Shown: piece by piece, positions 41,425 to 56,435 of the stretch
Layout of the letters: every line of letters begins with the position of its first letter
Position numbering within the stretch: position 1 is the stretch's first letter
Source: Octopus vulgaris
Lineage: Eukaryota
Reading direction: 5' to 3'
Assembly (NCBI GenBank): GCA_951406725.2
Contig: OX597827.1
Span: forward strand, 3,720,001-3,784,000
Length of the DNA stretch: 64,000 bases
The notes under the pieces: generated by a model
What the model saw: only the letters and a program-made list of their open reading frames with translations
Databases searched by the model: none
Told to the model about the DNA's origin: nothing
Translations under genes and position numbers: made by a program

Positions 41425-42214
41425 ATATATATATATGTATTCAACTTCATCTCCTTTCTTGATTTTCATCTATACTTTTCACTCATTAAGACTTTCCGCC
41501 TCTTCTCTCTATTTCTTTAGCAAACTCCCTTCTCATAGGTCACTCTCTATTTATTCCTTTATCTTACTTTCTCTCTCCTTCTCACTCTCTCTTTTTCTTC
41601 ATTCTCCCATCTTCTTTTCTGTCATTCAATTTATCTCTCTCTCTCTCTTCCTTTTATTCTTTCTGTCTCTGTTATTCTGTCATAATAATTATCTGTTTTT
41701 GATCTATCCATCACTCAGGTTTTGCATGCGTGCACACACACACACACACTCACACACACACACACACATACACACACACAGATTACCATCTCTCACAATT
41801 AAACCCAATTATAGATTCACCTGAAATAATTGAATCCAAAAATTGCCAATTTCTGACAACCTTCAACATGTTCCAATGAAATCTATTGAAATGTTACATT
41901 CCTTTGTTGTTGTAGTCTAAGGCTAGTGTCTGCTGGTCTGCTGAATTGGCAAAGGATTATGTTAGTTTTGGGCTAGTTAATGGAATAATACAGAAGCTTT
42001 GTAGTTGGCACAGTAGACTAGCCTAGATATCAGGCTGCTAGCCAAAGGATTAATGGTTTGTACTCCATCATTGGCATTATGCTGTATCCATGTCTTAGAC
42101 ACTTCAATGATAAAACTTTCTTAGTTAGGAATATGCATAATATGCGGACTTTTCTAATGAATTGTCTGTGACCCTTTTTGAGCTTCTGATACTTGTGAGT
42201 CCAACACAAGGTCC

Positions 42215-42400
42215 AGTCCTTGTTGCAGTGTGGTGGCTTGTTTGCATTAATGACTCTGAGAGCTATGTCAGAGGATCACAAGCTCCTGGTTGGGTCCTAT
42301 GCTTGACAGGTCAAAAGATAGAGGCCAAACTGATACAGACCACCTTTTCCCAGAGGTAAAAATGGGTTTGTGGTGGGCCAATACCCCTACCTGGAAAAGC
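42215..42400 (+). mobile_element. Possible RTE-clade LINE 5' UTR remnant
   Basis: cttgttgcagtgtggtggcttg...aatgactctgagagctatg...ctcctggttgggtcc...gacaggtc resembles RTE 5' UTRs; from memory, not aligned. Confidence 0.4.
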
Positions 42401-44183
42401 TACAGAAACTGTAATGACAAAGCTAACAAGAACTGGGAGAAGAAAAGACAGCCCAGATTTGAGAACAATGGAGAAGAGTGGTCAATGGCCCATGTCCAGA
42501 GAGAGTGAAGCATTTAAAGAAGAGACATGTGAAAGAAAAAAGATGAAGAGAAGGAAATTATTCTCAGTTTGGAAACCTAGCCTGAATGCTTGCAACATCA
42601 AAATAATGTCAAAGGCACCCATGGACCGGGTTAACATCCGGTCTCCATGCAGGCATGGGTTGGATGGTTTGACATAGAGCTGGCTTGCAGTGAGCTATCC
42701 ACACTCCAACTGTCTGTTGTGGCATGGTTTCTATGGCTGGACGCCCTTCCTAATGCCAACCACTTAACAGAGTGTGCTGTGTGCCTTTTACATGTCACTG
42801 TCATGGGTGTGTTTATGCAGCACCAGCATGGGCGCTTTTTAAGTGGCACTGGCACCTGAAGGGACAAACCTGTATGTGTGGAAGACAGGGATTTTACTTG
42901 TATTAATCCAAGAACTGGATGAAATCTGCCACCACAAAGAATTGGAATGATCCCCCTGAAGGAGCTGTAACATTGTTTTCTATCTACTGTATGAAATTTC
43001 TTTCACATACAATGTTCTATCTAATTTTTCCCAACCACTGAGCAAAACTTTTGATGTTTCACACAAAAATATTTTAAATTCAAATATAATGTGTGATCAA
43101 AAATGCTGAAGATTACCACATAGTATAATGCTTTAAATTTTGTGTAACTTCTTTAATCTCTATTTCAAGGAGAAAATTAGTTTCTACTTTGCTTTGGAAA
43201 GTTTGTAGAACCCTAATATGATTTTCTGAAAACCATGGAATTCATACCTAAATTTTACAGACAACTCCTGCCATTTTAATTCTAATAATACATTGAATAA
43301 AATGAAATTACAAAATTTTAAATGAAATGAAACAAAAATTACAATAAAAAGGGAAGTTATTCATATAAACAAAATTTAATAATGTATGAAAATGATGAAT
43401 ATAAATTTTTTACAAGAATTTTCATTAAATTTTACTAAATCTTCATTAAATTTTATTATGACACTTTTTTTCCAGAGTCCAAAACAATAAAATACCAGTC
43501 AAGTACTGAGATTGATTTAATATATTCCTATAAACCTTCCCAGAAAAAGATGGGACCATCTGGTGCTTATATACTTAGAAATCAATAAGTTTAAAGTTTT
43601 AATATTTTTAAGTACTTCAAAAATTTATGAGACAGTTATTATTTTCAGTTTCTTCAAGAAATAAAAGTAACCCTTCCCTAGTGAGTATACCCCAAAGCAA
43701 AGGAATTCATTTAACAAATAAGGTTCCATATTGAACATTTAATCATCTTGGAAGATTTTAAGGCAATAATTCTCTTTCCTTGTCTAAATAAAAGCTTTTG
43801 TAATGAAATCTTTAGAATTCTGAGAAGTTGCTTTTACTTTGGCAAAATTTCTTTTTCATGTTTATGTTCTTCTCTAGATTTCTTCAGTTAATAATAATTA
43901 ATTCCCATGGGTCCTCATTCTTTCTCTACTCTGCTTATTATCTGTTGTCAACCTCTGATATTTATTCATCCATTCTGACAATGCCATTTCTATCTTCTCT
44001 GTTGCAAACACAACACTTGATTCCTCCAGTCACTCGCTGAATTGACTTCATCCTTTTATTTCAAAACTAATGTCTAAATTTTTTCCCCCAAAAAAAAAAT
44101 CTTCTCCCTGCAATCCTCACCCCCCCCCTCGCTGCTACTCCTTGATGAAGCAGACTCATCTGCTTTCAGTGTGATTCACTGGT

Positions 44184-44184
44184 A

Positions 44185-44252
<68 letters not shown>

Positions 44253-44285
44253 CACCACCACCACCACCACCACTACTACTACTAT

Positions 44286-44355
<70 letters not shown>

Positions 44356-44420
44356 GCTACTACTGCTGCTGCTGCCACTGTCATCACCACCACCACCACC
44401 AACCACACCATTACCACCAC
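44184..44420. repeat. (ACT)n/(ACC)n microsatellite
   Basis: Direct reading. Confidence 0.95.
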
Positions 44421-45011
44421 TATTCTTCTTCTTCTCCTCACATATATAACCCTTATGTCTTCATATACACTTCAAACATCTATTGTCTGTTTTTAACAAT
44501 AGAAAAATCCATCCTCATAATATTTATCAAATCTAAACTTTTGTCTATGTATGTATGTATGTATGTATGTATGTATGTGTGTGTGCATGAATGTGTGTGA
44601 TCTGTGCATTTGTGTATGTGCAAGAAAATATTTTACGTTTTTCAAATGTCCCATAACCATTTGTATATCATGATCATCATCATCATCATCACCATCATGA
44701 TCATCATCATCATCATCATCGTTATTGTAATGTAATATCTGGGGATAGATCTTAAATCACGTTCAGTAATGAGTATTCATTTCAGTTGTATGATTTTTGA
44801 TGTTTCAGTCGTAAGATTAATGGAATTATCTAAGTAGATTAGTATTCTACAGACTTGTATTCTTGACATAATCCTCTCACAGACACAGTATAACATGGTT
44901 TGTGCCTAAGTTGGATGCTTTAAATTTAGTCAAAACACTGGCTGATAATTTCAATGCCTTTAAGTTTACATTTCAATTAATTTTATCATTATTATTATTA
45001 TTATTATTATT

Positions 45012-45568
45012 GAGTGAGAGAGCAGTGCATGCCATCAAAGTGACACTGGGGTAAAATATACGAAACCCAATATACCCATCATGACTACCCTTTCTGATAA
45101 GGGTATACTAGGCACATGTATCACAACCATATATGCACGACATGGTGATCTCATATCAAGATAAACAGCACATGACCTTGCAGGTGGGGCCCAGTTAGAA
45201 TTTTCTTCTGGTCGAGTAACCCATCCCACTCAAAAAGTCCCAAATAAGGATTATTTAAGGATGTTGAATGAAACACCCATGTTTTCAAAGGTGAATTATC
45301 CAAACCTCCAAGAATTCCATTCAACACACAGCTATGATGCTCCCCCACTACTTCTGCTCATGATCAGAGATGCACATATCGTCAGCCACTAAGGGACATG
45401 CTCAACTGGTTATGGTCAAACAACTGACAAGCAAATCTGTGGTTTTCAGCAGAATATTTGCTGTGGCCCACCTTTTATACCAAGACAAAACAATGTACAT
45501 GATAACACTTCCAATTAGTTAAGATCAGAAGCCATGAGAGCCACTGTTTGGTGCTTCATCAGGGCATT
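45012..45568 (-). mobile_element. Unclassified about 560-bp interspersed repeat inserted in (ATT)n
   Basis: Higher-complexity block with sharp edges, flanked on both sides by (ATT)n, no long ORF. Repeat status is inferred (single copy in window). Confidence 0.5.
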
Positions 45569-45721
45569 TATACATTATTATTATTATTATTATTATCATC
45601 ATCATCATCATCATCATCATCATCTAAGGTGGCGAGCTGGCGGAATTGTTAGCATGCTGGGCAAAATGCTTGCAGGAATTGTGGCAGTATATTAAAAGAA
45701 CCTTTACGGTTAAAATTATAA

Positions 45722-45943
45722 ATATCTCATAAGCAAGGGCTAAAGAAAGTTTTCTAAAGCCAATATACTGAAATCCACGTTTAATCTACTTGCTACAGAA
45801 AGTTGAACTGAAATGCGGGCAACTCTACCTTTGGAACATTTAAATTTCGTTCCCGCATTTCAGTTCAACTTTCTGTAGCAAGTAGATTAAACGTGGATTT
45901 CAGTATATTGGCTTTAGAAAACTTTCTTTAGCCCTTGCTTATA

Positions 45944-45949
<6 letters not shown>
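45722..45949. repeat. Near-perfect long inverted repeat: 98-bp arms, 32-bp spacer
   Basis: 45722-45819 equals the reverse complement of 45852-45949 at 97 of 98 positions. Confidence 0.95.
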
Positions 45950-45985
<36 letters not shown>

Positions 45986-46600
45986 GATAGATAGATTGAT
46001 AGATAGACCCATGTGTATGTATATACATATATATGCATACATATATATGTTTGTGTGGGCATGTGTCTATGTGTGTGTGTGCATGTGTGTGCGTGTCCAC
46101 ATGTGCAACATGTATGTAGTTTACTGTTCTGTTAAGGTAGGATCAACTAAAACAATTGCTCCATCCAGTGAGAGATATAATTATCATTTAACGTACACCG
46201 TATTGGTATTAGTACTACTTGTAATTTCTTGCCATTGAGATTTGTGGTTAGGCAGATTTTGATAACATGCCGTGTGTCTTCTTGCTATAGACCTACCTCC
46301 ACATAGGTTCTGTCTCTCATTGTTTTATTTTGTGTAAGTGGATGGATATTTCACTCACAGTTTTATCCTCAACATTAGAAAAATTAGAGTTGTTTGATCA
46401 GTTTCTTTGCAGTTATTTGTTTTGGTTGTGTGTTCAGGTCCTGCCATGTTCAACACTACTCATGCTGAGTTCATAGCTCAGTCTAAACCTCTATTACAGT
46501 AAAGTACTCCACTTCAGGGAGTATAATAGTGATGATGATAATAGTGGTGAGAAATGATGATAATGGGGGAAGGGTGAGATTGGTGTAGTAGTAGTAGTGG

Positions 46601-46930
46601 AGTAAAAATTTTGTATTATGTAGCTTGTTATTCTCTTTAAGTGAACATTTTTCTGGTTGAAATACACCGAAAATTGGCGACACAGCAGTAAAAAATCGTA
46701 AAAAAATAGGGATTTTCATAGAAAAAAAGCACCTTTTTGATGTAAATAATTTTTGGTGTTAACATGGTCCGATTTGAATTTTATCTTCTACGGAAGGAAG
46801 AGCAATCCTTTTCTATCATACTCTCAATTTTGGTCAACTTGCGCCGCAGGGTCTCGGAGGAGATTGTGTTAGTTGAAGGCTACCAAACCTGCCATACACA
46901 GACAACTTCAGCTTTATATATAGAGAGAGA
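46601..46930 (-). mobile_element. Non-autonomous Helitron-like fragment
   Basis: Minus strand starts ATCTCTCTCTATATATAAAGCTGAAGTTGTCTGTG, a TC..TATATATAAA..GTCTGT start typical of Helitron-derived repeats; 3' hairpin/CTAG end not seen. Confidence 0.5.
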
Positions 46931-47711
46931 TTATGATTGTGATGATGACGATAGAGATGGAGGACAATGACAATGGCAATGATGATGATGACAGTGACAC
47001 CAATGATGGTGATGAGATGGAGGAGGGGGAGGAGGGCAAAGGAAGATCAATGTAATACTCAGGTAAACTCAGCATCACACCATGTATGAAAAGGTGAGGC
47101 TGCCGTCCCCATCATCCCTTTGAACTACTACAAACACAGTCTATATGAAAAGAAGATTCCACACAGCAAGTTTGCATCTACTCAATTTTAATCACATGAC
47201 TCGGTTTGATCTGACGCTAAAATAGAAGCCATTTTGTCCACGGTGCCATATAGTATGATTGAACTAAAGGCCCCGTGATTGATAAGGGAGCTAATTAAAC
47301 ATTTGGCCATTCCAATATATGCAGGATAGAAAGGACATAAGTAAATATTGTGATAAATTTAGTCCCAAAGTCTTTTATTTCAGCTTAGTCACTCACTACC
47401 CAGCAGCCCCCTGGGAGATTGAATTCATGATTTTTCTTTGCTGTATTTGATATCAAAACAGTAAGTAATAGATTTGGTCTTTCCTATGTGTAGAAGATAA
47501 ATCAAAAAGTTATACAAATCAATAATCTTTGTCTATAGATGCAGCATTCTAAGAAGATATGGGTTATCTCAATAAATTAAGTTGCCGTTGACTATTTAGT
47601 GTTGTTTATGATTGCCTTTCAAACGGAATGTCTTTAGTCAACATTCATCTATATGTACGTGTATGTCTGCATTTATGTATATCTTTGTATATGTCTTTGT
47701 ATGTGCCTGTA

Positions 47712-47757
<46 letters not shown>

Positions 47758-47977
47758 TCTTTAGAAGGAATGGGTGGGAACAAGAAGACAATGGCTCCTA
47801 TCTATCTTTTGTAAGGTAAATTCCATCAAGTATACTCCAGAATGATGTTATAACATCATTCTGTCATCACTTCGTTAAGGATCAAAAGAACATCACTGTA
47901 TTGATATCTATGCATGTATGTTTGTGAAAAATATATATACCTACAAAAGTTGTGTATATGTATGTCTGTGTATGTGC

Positions 47978-48029
<52 letters not shown>

Positions 48030-48252
48030 CATATATATTTATATATATATATAACATAACTATATATACACACACACACACATAGCTTCGATAAATGTAT
48101 ATACATAGATATAGATATAAAGATATATTAAAATGGACAAAAATGTGTACAAGCGTATGTATGCATTCTCATCTCCTGGACACATAAAGCAGACACACTC
48201 ACATGCACGCATCCTCTTTCTCCCACTCATGCATACACTGAAATACATCCAT

Positions 48253-48295
<43 letters not shown>

Positions 48296-48876
48296 TATGT
48301 GTGTGTGTGCACGTGCACTTGTGTGTGTATGCGCGTGTTTTAGTGATTCCCCTTTCAGCAAGATTACAACTTTTTACCATTATTCTTATTGGATACATTT
48401 CTGAGAGCAATTTGTTGGTTCTCTCACAGTAATGTCCATTTACTCCATAAATGGAACCAAATTTATTTGCATTGTGATATCTAAGTACCTATATTTGTAC
48501 CTTTTCTGTTTATCATGATGAAATGATTTACGAATGTATCGCATTATCTCCCAGCAAACCGACTTTAAGTAAAACCATAACCTCCTCCACATCATCACTC
48601 TATTTTAGAGATGAATTATTATTGGGGAAATAAAGATTCATCCACGTACTGTCAAATCCCCTTCTAATGATATGTATATGTATATATATATACTTTGATA
48701 CTTTGATAGGTTTCGGCCATTATTGGCCCAGGCCATGTCTAACTTAATAGCATATATATATATGTATATGTATGTATATATATATGTATATGTATGTATA
48801 TATATATATGTATATGTGTATATGTATATATGTGTGTGTATATATATATATTTATATATGTATGTATGTGTTTGTG

Positions 48877-48907
<31 letters not shown>

Positions 48908-49055
48908 ATACATACACATATATATGTGTGTGTATGTATATATATATGTAAGTATGTGTGTGTATGCACATATATATACATATATATGTGTGTGTGTATG
49001 TATATATGTATATGTGTGTGTATAATATATATGTATGCATGTATGTGTGTGTATA

Positions 49056-49109
<54 letters not shown>

Positions 49110-49726
49110 ATATATGTATATATATTTGTTTTTAGTTAGAACTGAACTCATGACCAAAGCTCTTATCCTTATCCTCCATATGGTGGTTCTTTGTGCAAAA
49201 CCGGAACATCTTGGTTTTAGAACTTAATGCAAGGTCGATTTAAACTTATTGTTGTAAAGTTAGCTGTTTTAAATTGTACCATTGATCTATATGAGTAAGC
49301 ACTCTACTTACATTGTAGTTACTTGCTTGTCATAAAGATCTTATCGTATCCCTTTGTGGCTTATGATTTCCATACACTTTTTGGGATTTCAGTTCAATAT
49401 AGCGTTTAGTAAGGAATATTAAATTTGCCTTAAAATCTATAATATCTTTGTGGTATGTAATAGATACAGGAACAAACTTTCAATGCTGTGAAGTACAATA
49501 GAGATGTGTTAGTTGTGGATCTTAAGCTTAGAGAAAGCTAAAATATGGCATTTGAATGTAATCAGAATATATATATATATTGTGAAGAAAGCATTACGTG
49601 ACTAAGAGTATATCAATATGAAGGCTCTGTGTGTGAGATGTTTTGGAACTGCCTGTTTAACCCCACTGATTTATTTGATGCTGACTTATTTGACATCAGT
49701 CATTCTAATGTTTCTCTCATTCTCCC

Positions 49727-49764
<38 letters not shown>

Positions 49765-50194
49765 GTACATGTGAGCATCTATTTATGTTTGCATGTATGT
49801 GTAATATTTTTCTCTTCCTCTTTCTCTCTTGCCCCTCTCTCTCATTCTGAGTGTATATATTTCTGTGAGTGTATGTTTGCCTCCAGTGCCAAAACGAATG
49901 TACTGTCAACCTAAACAAGTTGAATGCCCAGTCGGCCTTGTCAGGTCATCACTGCCCAAATAGCAGTGAAAAGTCTTCTCTGACCATAGGACCCCTCTAT
50001 GCTATCTTGTTCAGTTATTTCCTCTTTAGAGTTCCAATCTTATTAGCTTTGACACCGGTTCTCATTCTTCTTGGGTCAATAGAATATGTGATATCAATGG
50101 ACAAATCCCTTCAGTACACATTTTGACTGTGTTTTATCAGAAGAAATTCTCATTACCATTGTAGTCAAGAAGTTTGGCAGAAACAATAAGAATA

Positions 50195-50340
50195 CAGTTT
50201 CCGTCTACCAAATCCACTCACAAAGCTTTGGTTGGCCCGAGGCTATAGCAGAAGACACTTGCCCAAGATGCCACGCAGTGGGACTGAACCCGGAACCATG
50301 TGGTTGATTAGCAAACTACTTACCACACAGCCACTCCTGC
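50195..50340 (-). mobile_element. SINE family A 5' part
   Basis: Intact A/B box region. Confidence 0.88.
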
Positions 50341-51574
50341 TGTATTATATTTCGTTTCTATATTCTAAATGCAAATTCTACCTGGATGAATTCTGGGCAA
50401 ACTGTTTGTATGTCAGAAAAAATGCCTTGTGGTGTTTGCTCTTTGATTTCTTACAGCAACACCTTTGTAGCTGGACAGCTTGGGTGTATGCTGCCTAGGG
50501 CTATCCTTGAGTTTGCTGAACCCCCTACTGCCACTTATTCAGGCTAATATATCAGACACGAGTGCTGTCCCCATGAAATCATTGCCAAAAGCAGACCTCT
50601 ACCTCACTGGTTTGTTTACATGTTGTTTTTTTTTTATGTACTACCAGACTAAAAATGTAAGTACTGTTGTTGTTGGTGGTGGTGGGGTGGGTTACAAAAT
50701 CCTTCAAGGTGGTGTCCCAGCATGGCCACAGTCCAATGATTGAAATAACCAGTAAAAGATAACTCATTTGGTTATATCACTGTACTCAACTAACAACCTT
50801 ACTTGCTTCAAGAAATATATCCACAAGCTTCACAAAGTCCCGGTAATATTAGAAGCTATTTACTGAACTTTCTTGAAACATAGAATCAGTTTCCTGAAAT
50901 CTTTGTTAAAGTGTTCCATTTGCAAAATTTTTACGTATACAGGAAATCATTAAAGTCATTTCCAGTATAGAGAAATCCTCTTAGGAAATGTTGCTGTCAT
51001 CTATCCAACAGCAGGTGACCTTTTCTCATGAACAATTTATGTAAATGGTTTTCTTAATCACAACCTCTCTCTTTCTCATTTCCTTCTTTATTCCTTTATA
51101 TCTTTTTCCTTTTTTCTGTTTTGTTTAAAAAAGATAAGCCTGTCACTGATCTGAGGTTTTTTTCTTCTTTTTAATTTCTCTTGAGCCCTAGGATCCTTAA
51201 GGTCAGTTCCTTGGTTTCCATGTTTCATATAAGTGATCAAAATTACATTTCCCCTGTATGGCATGCTGCAGCAATTTTGCGAGAAGAGGCCAAGTCAATT
51301 ACACTACCCCCAGTATATGACTGTACTTACTTTATCAATCCCAGAGGAAATACTGACCTCTGCAGGATTTGAACTCAGAATGTAAAGAACCAGAAGAAAT
51401 GCTGCTAAGCATTTTGTATTACATGTTAATAATTGTGTCAGGTCACACCTTGATCACACCTTGATCACAAATTTACTGATAATTAAAAAAAGCAAAAAAG
51501 AAGTTAAACAGTCCAAGATTCAAATTTATGTCAAAGTGTACAAAGTAACTAATAAATTCTGTTTATCATAGTTT

Positions 51575-51967
51575 ACCTTTTATTTGTTTCAGTCATTAGA
51601 TTGTGGCCATGCTGGAGCACTGCTTTGAAAAATTTTAGTTGAATGAATTGATCCCAGTTTTTAATTCCTTTTAAGCTTGGTACTTATTCAGTCAGTCATT
51701 TTTACTGAACCACTAAGTTACAGGGATCTAAACACACCCACACCAGTTGTCAAGTGGTGATGGGAGACAAAGACAAACACAAAAACACATATATATATAT
51801 GTTATATACAATGTGCTTCTTTGGTTTCTGTCTACCAAATTCACTCACACAGCTTTGGGTAGTCTGAGGTTATGGCAGAAGGCACTTGCCCAAGGTGCCA
51901 TGCAGTAGGACTGAACCCGGAACCATGTGGTTAGGAAACAAACTTCTTATCACACAGCTATGCCTGC
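51575..51967 (-). mobile_element. SINE family A, full length, diverged
   Basis: Colinear with 30864-31255. Confidence 0.85.
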
Positions 51968-52062
51968 AGCCATTATATTCAATTAGAAATTTCAGAGATG
52001 GTAACATTTGCAAAAGTTTTGGTTAGGCCAGGCCTGCTTGATCTGTGCTGCTCAGGGGTTAA

Positions 52063-52103
<41 letters not shown>

Positions 52104-52640
52104 AGTGGTGGTGGAAGTTATGACAACGATGAAAGAACAACAACATTCCCTCAGTTCACACTCTACTATCTTAAACAAAGGAAGGGGCCACTGGATAATA
52201 TATTATAGTTGCAGATATACAAAAAGACATGATAATTATAGATGGAATTCTTTTGATCGTACGTCTGCACAATCAGGACTGGCTAGGGATTAAACAGCTA
52301 CAATAACAACAAGAACAGCACATTTCCACAGGACCCACACCCACTCCAAACCTGTACACATGACAAGTAAAGTGACCATTTCTACAGAAAAGTCACCCAT
52401 CTTTTTCCTTTGTACACTATAAACAGTCTACTATCTTACGCTACCGCATGCCCCAACCAATCACCCTAAATATCATCATCAGAGAAAAATGAACCAATAT
52501 AAAATGAATATTAAACCATAAAACAAACGCTGACCTCCTTCCCTACTACCTGATATCTGATCCTTATCCAAATTATCCATTCCCTCTTGTTGCCTAAATG
52601 AACATTAAAAGAATATAAACAGATATATGTGCATCTGCAT

Positions 52641-52679
<39 letters not shown>

Positions 52680-52765
52680 TCCATATATGTATGTGGTATG
52701 TATAATCTATGCAGCAGATATAATATGTATATATACACATACATACATACATATATATATAGTTT

Positions 52766-52804
52766 GATTTGAAAACCCCACTAGAATGGGAGAAAGCGCT
52801 AATG
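52766..52804 (+). ncRNA. Degenerate minimal hammerhead-like motif (U3-A8 type)
   Basis: TTGAAAA c CCCA-CTAGAA-TGGG a GAAA GCGC TA; palindromic stem III AGCGCT. The 10.1-11.1 pair is mismatched and stem I is weak. Confidence 0.4.
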
Positions 52805-52897
52805 ATCTAAGTGATATGATATATATATATAAAAAATGTAATATACAAATAAATATCTGTAAATATAAACCATCCGATCTTCTGATTACCTCATTTC

Positions 52898-52963
<66 letters not shown>

Positions 52964-53654
52964 GTTAGCGTCCGTTTTCCATGCTAGCATGGGTTGGATA
53001 TGGGGTCTGTGAAGCCAGAATATATATATATGGATATAATATATATATACATATATGTATGTATGTATGCATATATGTATGTATGTATGAAGAAGACTGA
53101 GAAAAGGTTGAAAATGTGTTAAATTTGTATTTACATATATATTCTTAGTTTAATCAAAACAAGTTTAAGTTTTTAGGATAAGGGTGATGGGTATATAGTT
53201 TTACTCTATATAATTTGTATGTATCCAAAGAAAAATACAAAAATATAAGAATACATTTTCGCGTAATAAATGCTTTTGTATTATAGTTTAATTGAAAATA
53301 TATTGGTGTATGTATTCATTAGGTAAGTTCGCCATATATAACAAAAGTGAAAGGGAGCGAAGACAAAAAAAAAAGGATTACATGTTTCATCAAGTCTTTT
53401 GTTTAGAAAGGGGTTTTAGTGAATACATTTTGGTGTGTGTTTTGGCTAATTTTGTAGTAGAAGAAAAACTCATATTTAACTATACATATACGTGTGTGTG
53501 TGTGTGTGTTGTAGCCAGTCAGAGAGTAACCATTGGTTTTGCACCTATAAAGTGCTTAGTTGTGTAGGAAACTTGTCTGACTCAAGTGGCCAGGGGCACA
53601 TGACCCCTCTGTGCCTCTCTAGAGGCATTTGAACATGATAAGTTGCCTATACCT

Positions 53655-53890
53655 ATTTCTTTACTACCCACAAGGGGCTAAACACAGAGGAGACAAACGA
53701 GGACAGACACACGGATTAAGCCGATTACATCGACCCCAGTGCATAACTGGTACTTATTTAGTCGACCCTGAAAGGATGAAAGGCAAAGTCGACCTCGGCG
53801 GAATTTGAACTCAGAACAGAACATAGCAGCAGACGAAATACCGCTAAGCATTTTGTCCGGTGTGCTAACAATTCTGCCAGCTTGCCGCAT
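53655..53890 (-). mobile_element. SINE family B, full length
   Basis: Colinear with 27857-28088; further fragments near 29932, 33835, 37940, 45625, 51260, 59770 and 60030. Confidence 0.9.
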
Positions 53891-54257
53891 TTACCGTTGC
53901 CTTTACTGTTAAGCACTTTAAAGGTGTGAAATCAATGGACACTTTCTAACCAGTCATAACAAACAATCTTCTAAATATAATACTGCTCTAATGTTTTAAA
54001 CTATGCTTCTTTTTCAGATATATGAACTACTGACAATATTATGCTTGTCTGTCTATATATATGTATGTGATGATGGCTGAACAGGTTCAAACTTTGAAAC
54101 CCCTCTCAATACTATTCTTGTAAATTTGTACTCTCATAAATATACTGAGTATTCCTTCAATTAATGCAAAATTGTTTTTATGATAATATAAAAACAAACA
54201 TTAATGTATGTATGTAATAAGAACAGAAATGGTTTAAAGGTTCTCTAAAGTTGCTTC

Positions 54258-54295
<38 letters not shown>

Positions 54296-54502
54296 TTATT
54301 TTTATTGCTGAAATAGGCGAAACTGCAGTCTAAGAAGAACCGAGTTAGTAAAAGTTTTTATTTTCATTTCACTAAATTTATCAAGCTTCTGTGTTTCTAG
54401 TACATACTTCGCCGTTTAGTGTACTTATATATGAATAATATATGGCCTGTGCTAGAAACACCAGCGATAATAATTAATTTTATTTTATCGCATTCTGACT
54501 TT

Positions 54503-54581
<79 letters not shown>

Positions 54582-55049
54582 GGGAGAGTTTATGAAAAAA
54601 ACAAAAGACGAAGATAGGTGGTGTACAAAACAAACAGATGTATTAGTATAACGCTCAGGAATAGAAAAAGTCTTTTACGTTTCAAGCCTACACTCTTCTA
54701 CAGAAAGGGACACAGAAAAAACAAGGAGAGAAACAAGGAGAGAAAAAAAGAGCGAAAACAAAAAAATATATATAGAGAGGCAACTTTAGCCAAATGACTG
54801 GAATATGTAAAAGAAATATATATATATATATATAATTGTCAAATAATCAAGGAGAAAAACAGGCACTCATAAATTGGTTAATAAAATGAGTATATTACAA
54901 TAAAATACATTATATTTTTTTAGATTAATCAGCCGAAATTGCAAGGATGATCCAGTTCTTGACTGAAGATTGAAGGCTTCGAATGTCCTGTCCGTGTTTT
55001 TTGTATCGTTTCCTAAATGTTTTGCGTTCTTGTCCCAGTTTGTATTTTT

Positions 55050-55088
<39 letters not shown>

Positions 55089-55560
55089 TATATACATATA
55101 TATATATACAGTATGTATACACACACACACACACACACACTCAGACATGCACATGACAGACTTCTTTTAGTTTTTGCCTGCCATATCCACTCACAAGACT
55201 TTGTGGTCAGCCTGAAGCTATAGCAGAACACTCTTGCCCAAGGTGTCACACAGTAAATTTCCATATAAAATCATATGAATTTTCAACAAATATTTTAGGA
55301 AGAAATGTAAGAAATGTATAGAAACATATCTAAATAAGTAATGCTGGTGATGTGAATCAATACTAAAATTCCCAAGATGCTTGTTTGACTGTGTGCATGT
55401 ATGTGTTTATACATAATATGTGGGTCTATGTGTAAGATGCTTAGTGAATATTATTCTATTATTCCAGACAGGGGTTGTGGCCATGCTGAGGCATCGCCAT
55501 GAAATATTGGTTAAGAATTTCAAACAAGATTAAATTTTCTCAATACCAGATTTTCTGTGA

Positions 55561-55591
<31 letters not shown>

Positions 55592-55717
55592 CACACACAC
55601 ACATGTATGTATGTGTGTATATATGCACATACATACATGCATATACATATATATATATTTATATGTATATGCACATACACATGTATAAATACATATATAT
55701 TTATGTGTGTATGTGTG

Positions 55718-55753
<36 letters not shown>

Positions 55754-56096
55754 CATACATATACATATATATATATATATACACACACACACATGTATGT
55801 ACATACGTATTTATGTGGTATATATATATATATATCTATACATGTTCACACACATATATACATATATATATATATATGCTTGTACACACACACATATCTT
55901 TATGTGTGCATCAACATGTAGATAAAATGTTATAACACACATTAACTAGTTTAATTTTATATATCATTTTACTAAGTTTCATGCTGAAGGCAACCGTTGG
56001 TAATTAACATATTTGAGAATTCTTTAAATGATAATGAGAATAAAAATCATGCACACACATATATGTAAACACATATGCGTTTATATTTGTAAGTAA

Positions 56097-56127
<31 letters not shown>

Positions 56128-56326
56128 TGTATGTATGTATGTATGTATGTATGTATGTATGTATGTATGTATTTGTATCTCTATATGAGGAATAAGATTT
56201 TTTTACCTTGTTCCTAAAATTACCATGTACATAACAATGCTTACAAACACTTCACACTCTGTCTATCCATCTGTCTGTCTGTCTATCTATCTATACATAC
56301 ACATATTATAATATATATATATATAA

Positions 56327-56435
<109 letters not shown>

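Noticed and set aside
48705-48740. Minus-strand GGCC-AATAAT-GGCC-GAAAC hairpin
   Set aside because: No CUGANGA and no stem III/UH; at most a remnant
54955-54995. CTGAAGA...CTTCGAATGTC as a hammerhead
   Set aside because: GAAA is incomplete, the stem II register is wrong and there is no stem I
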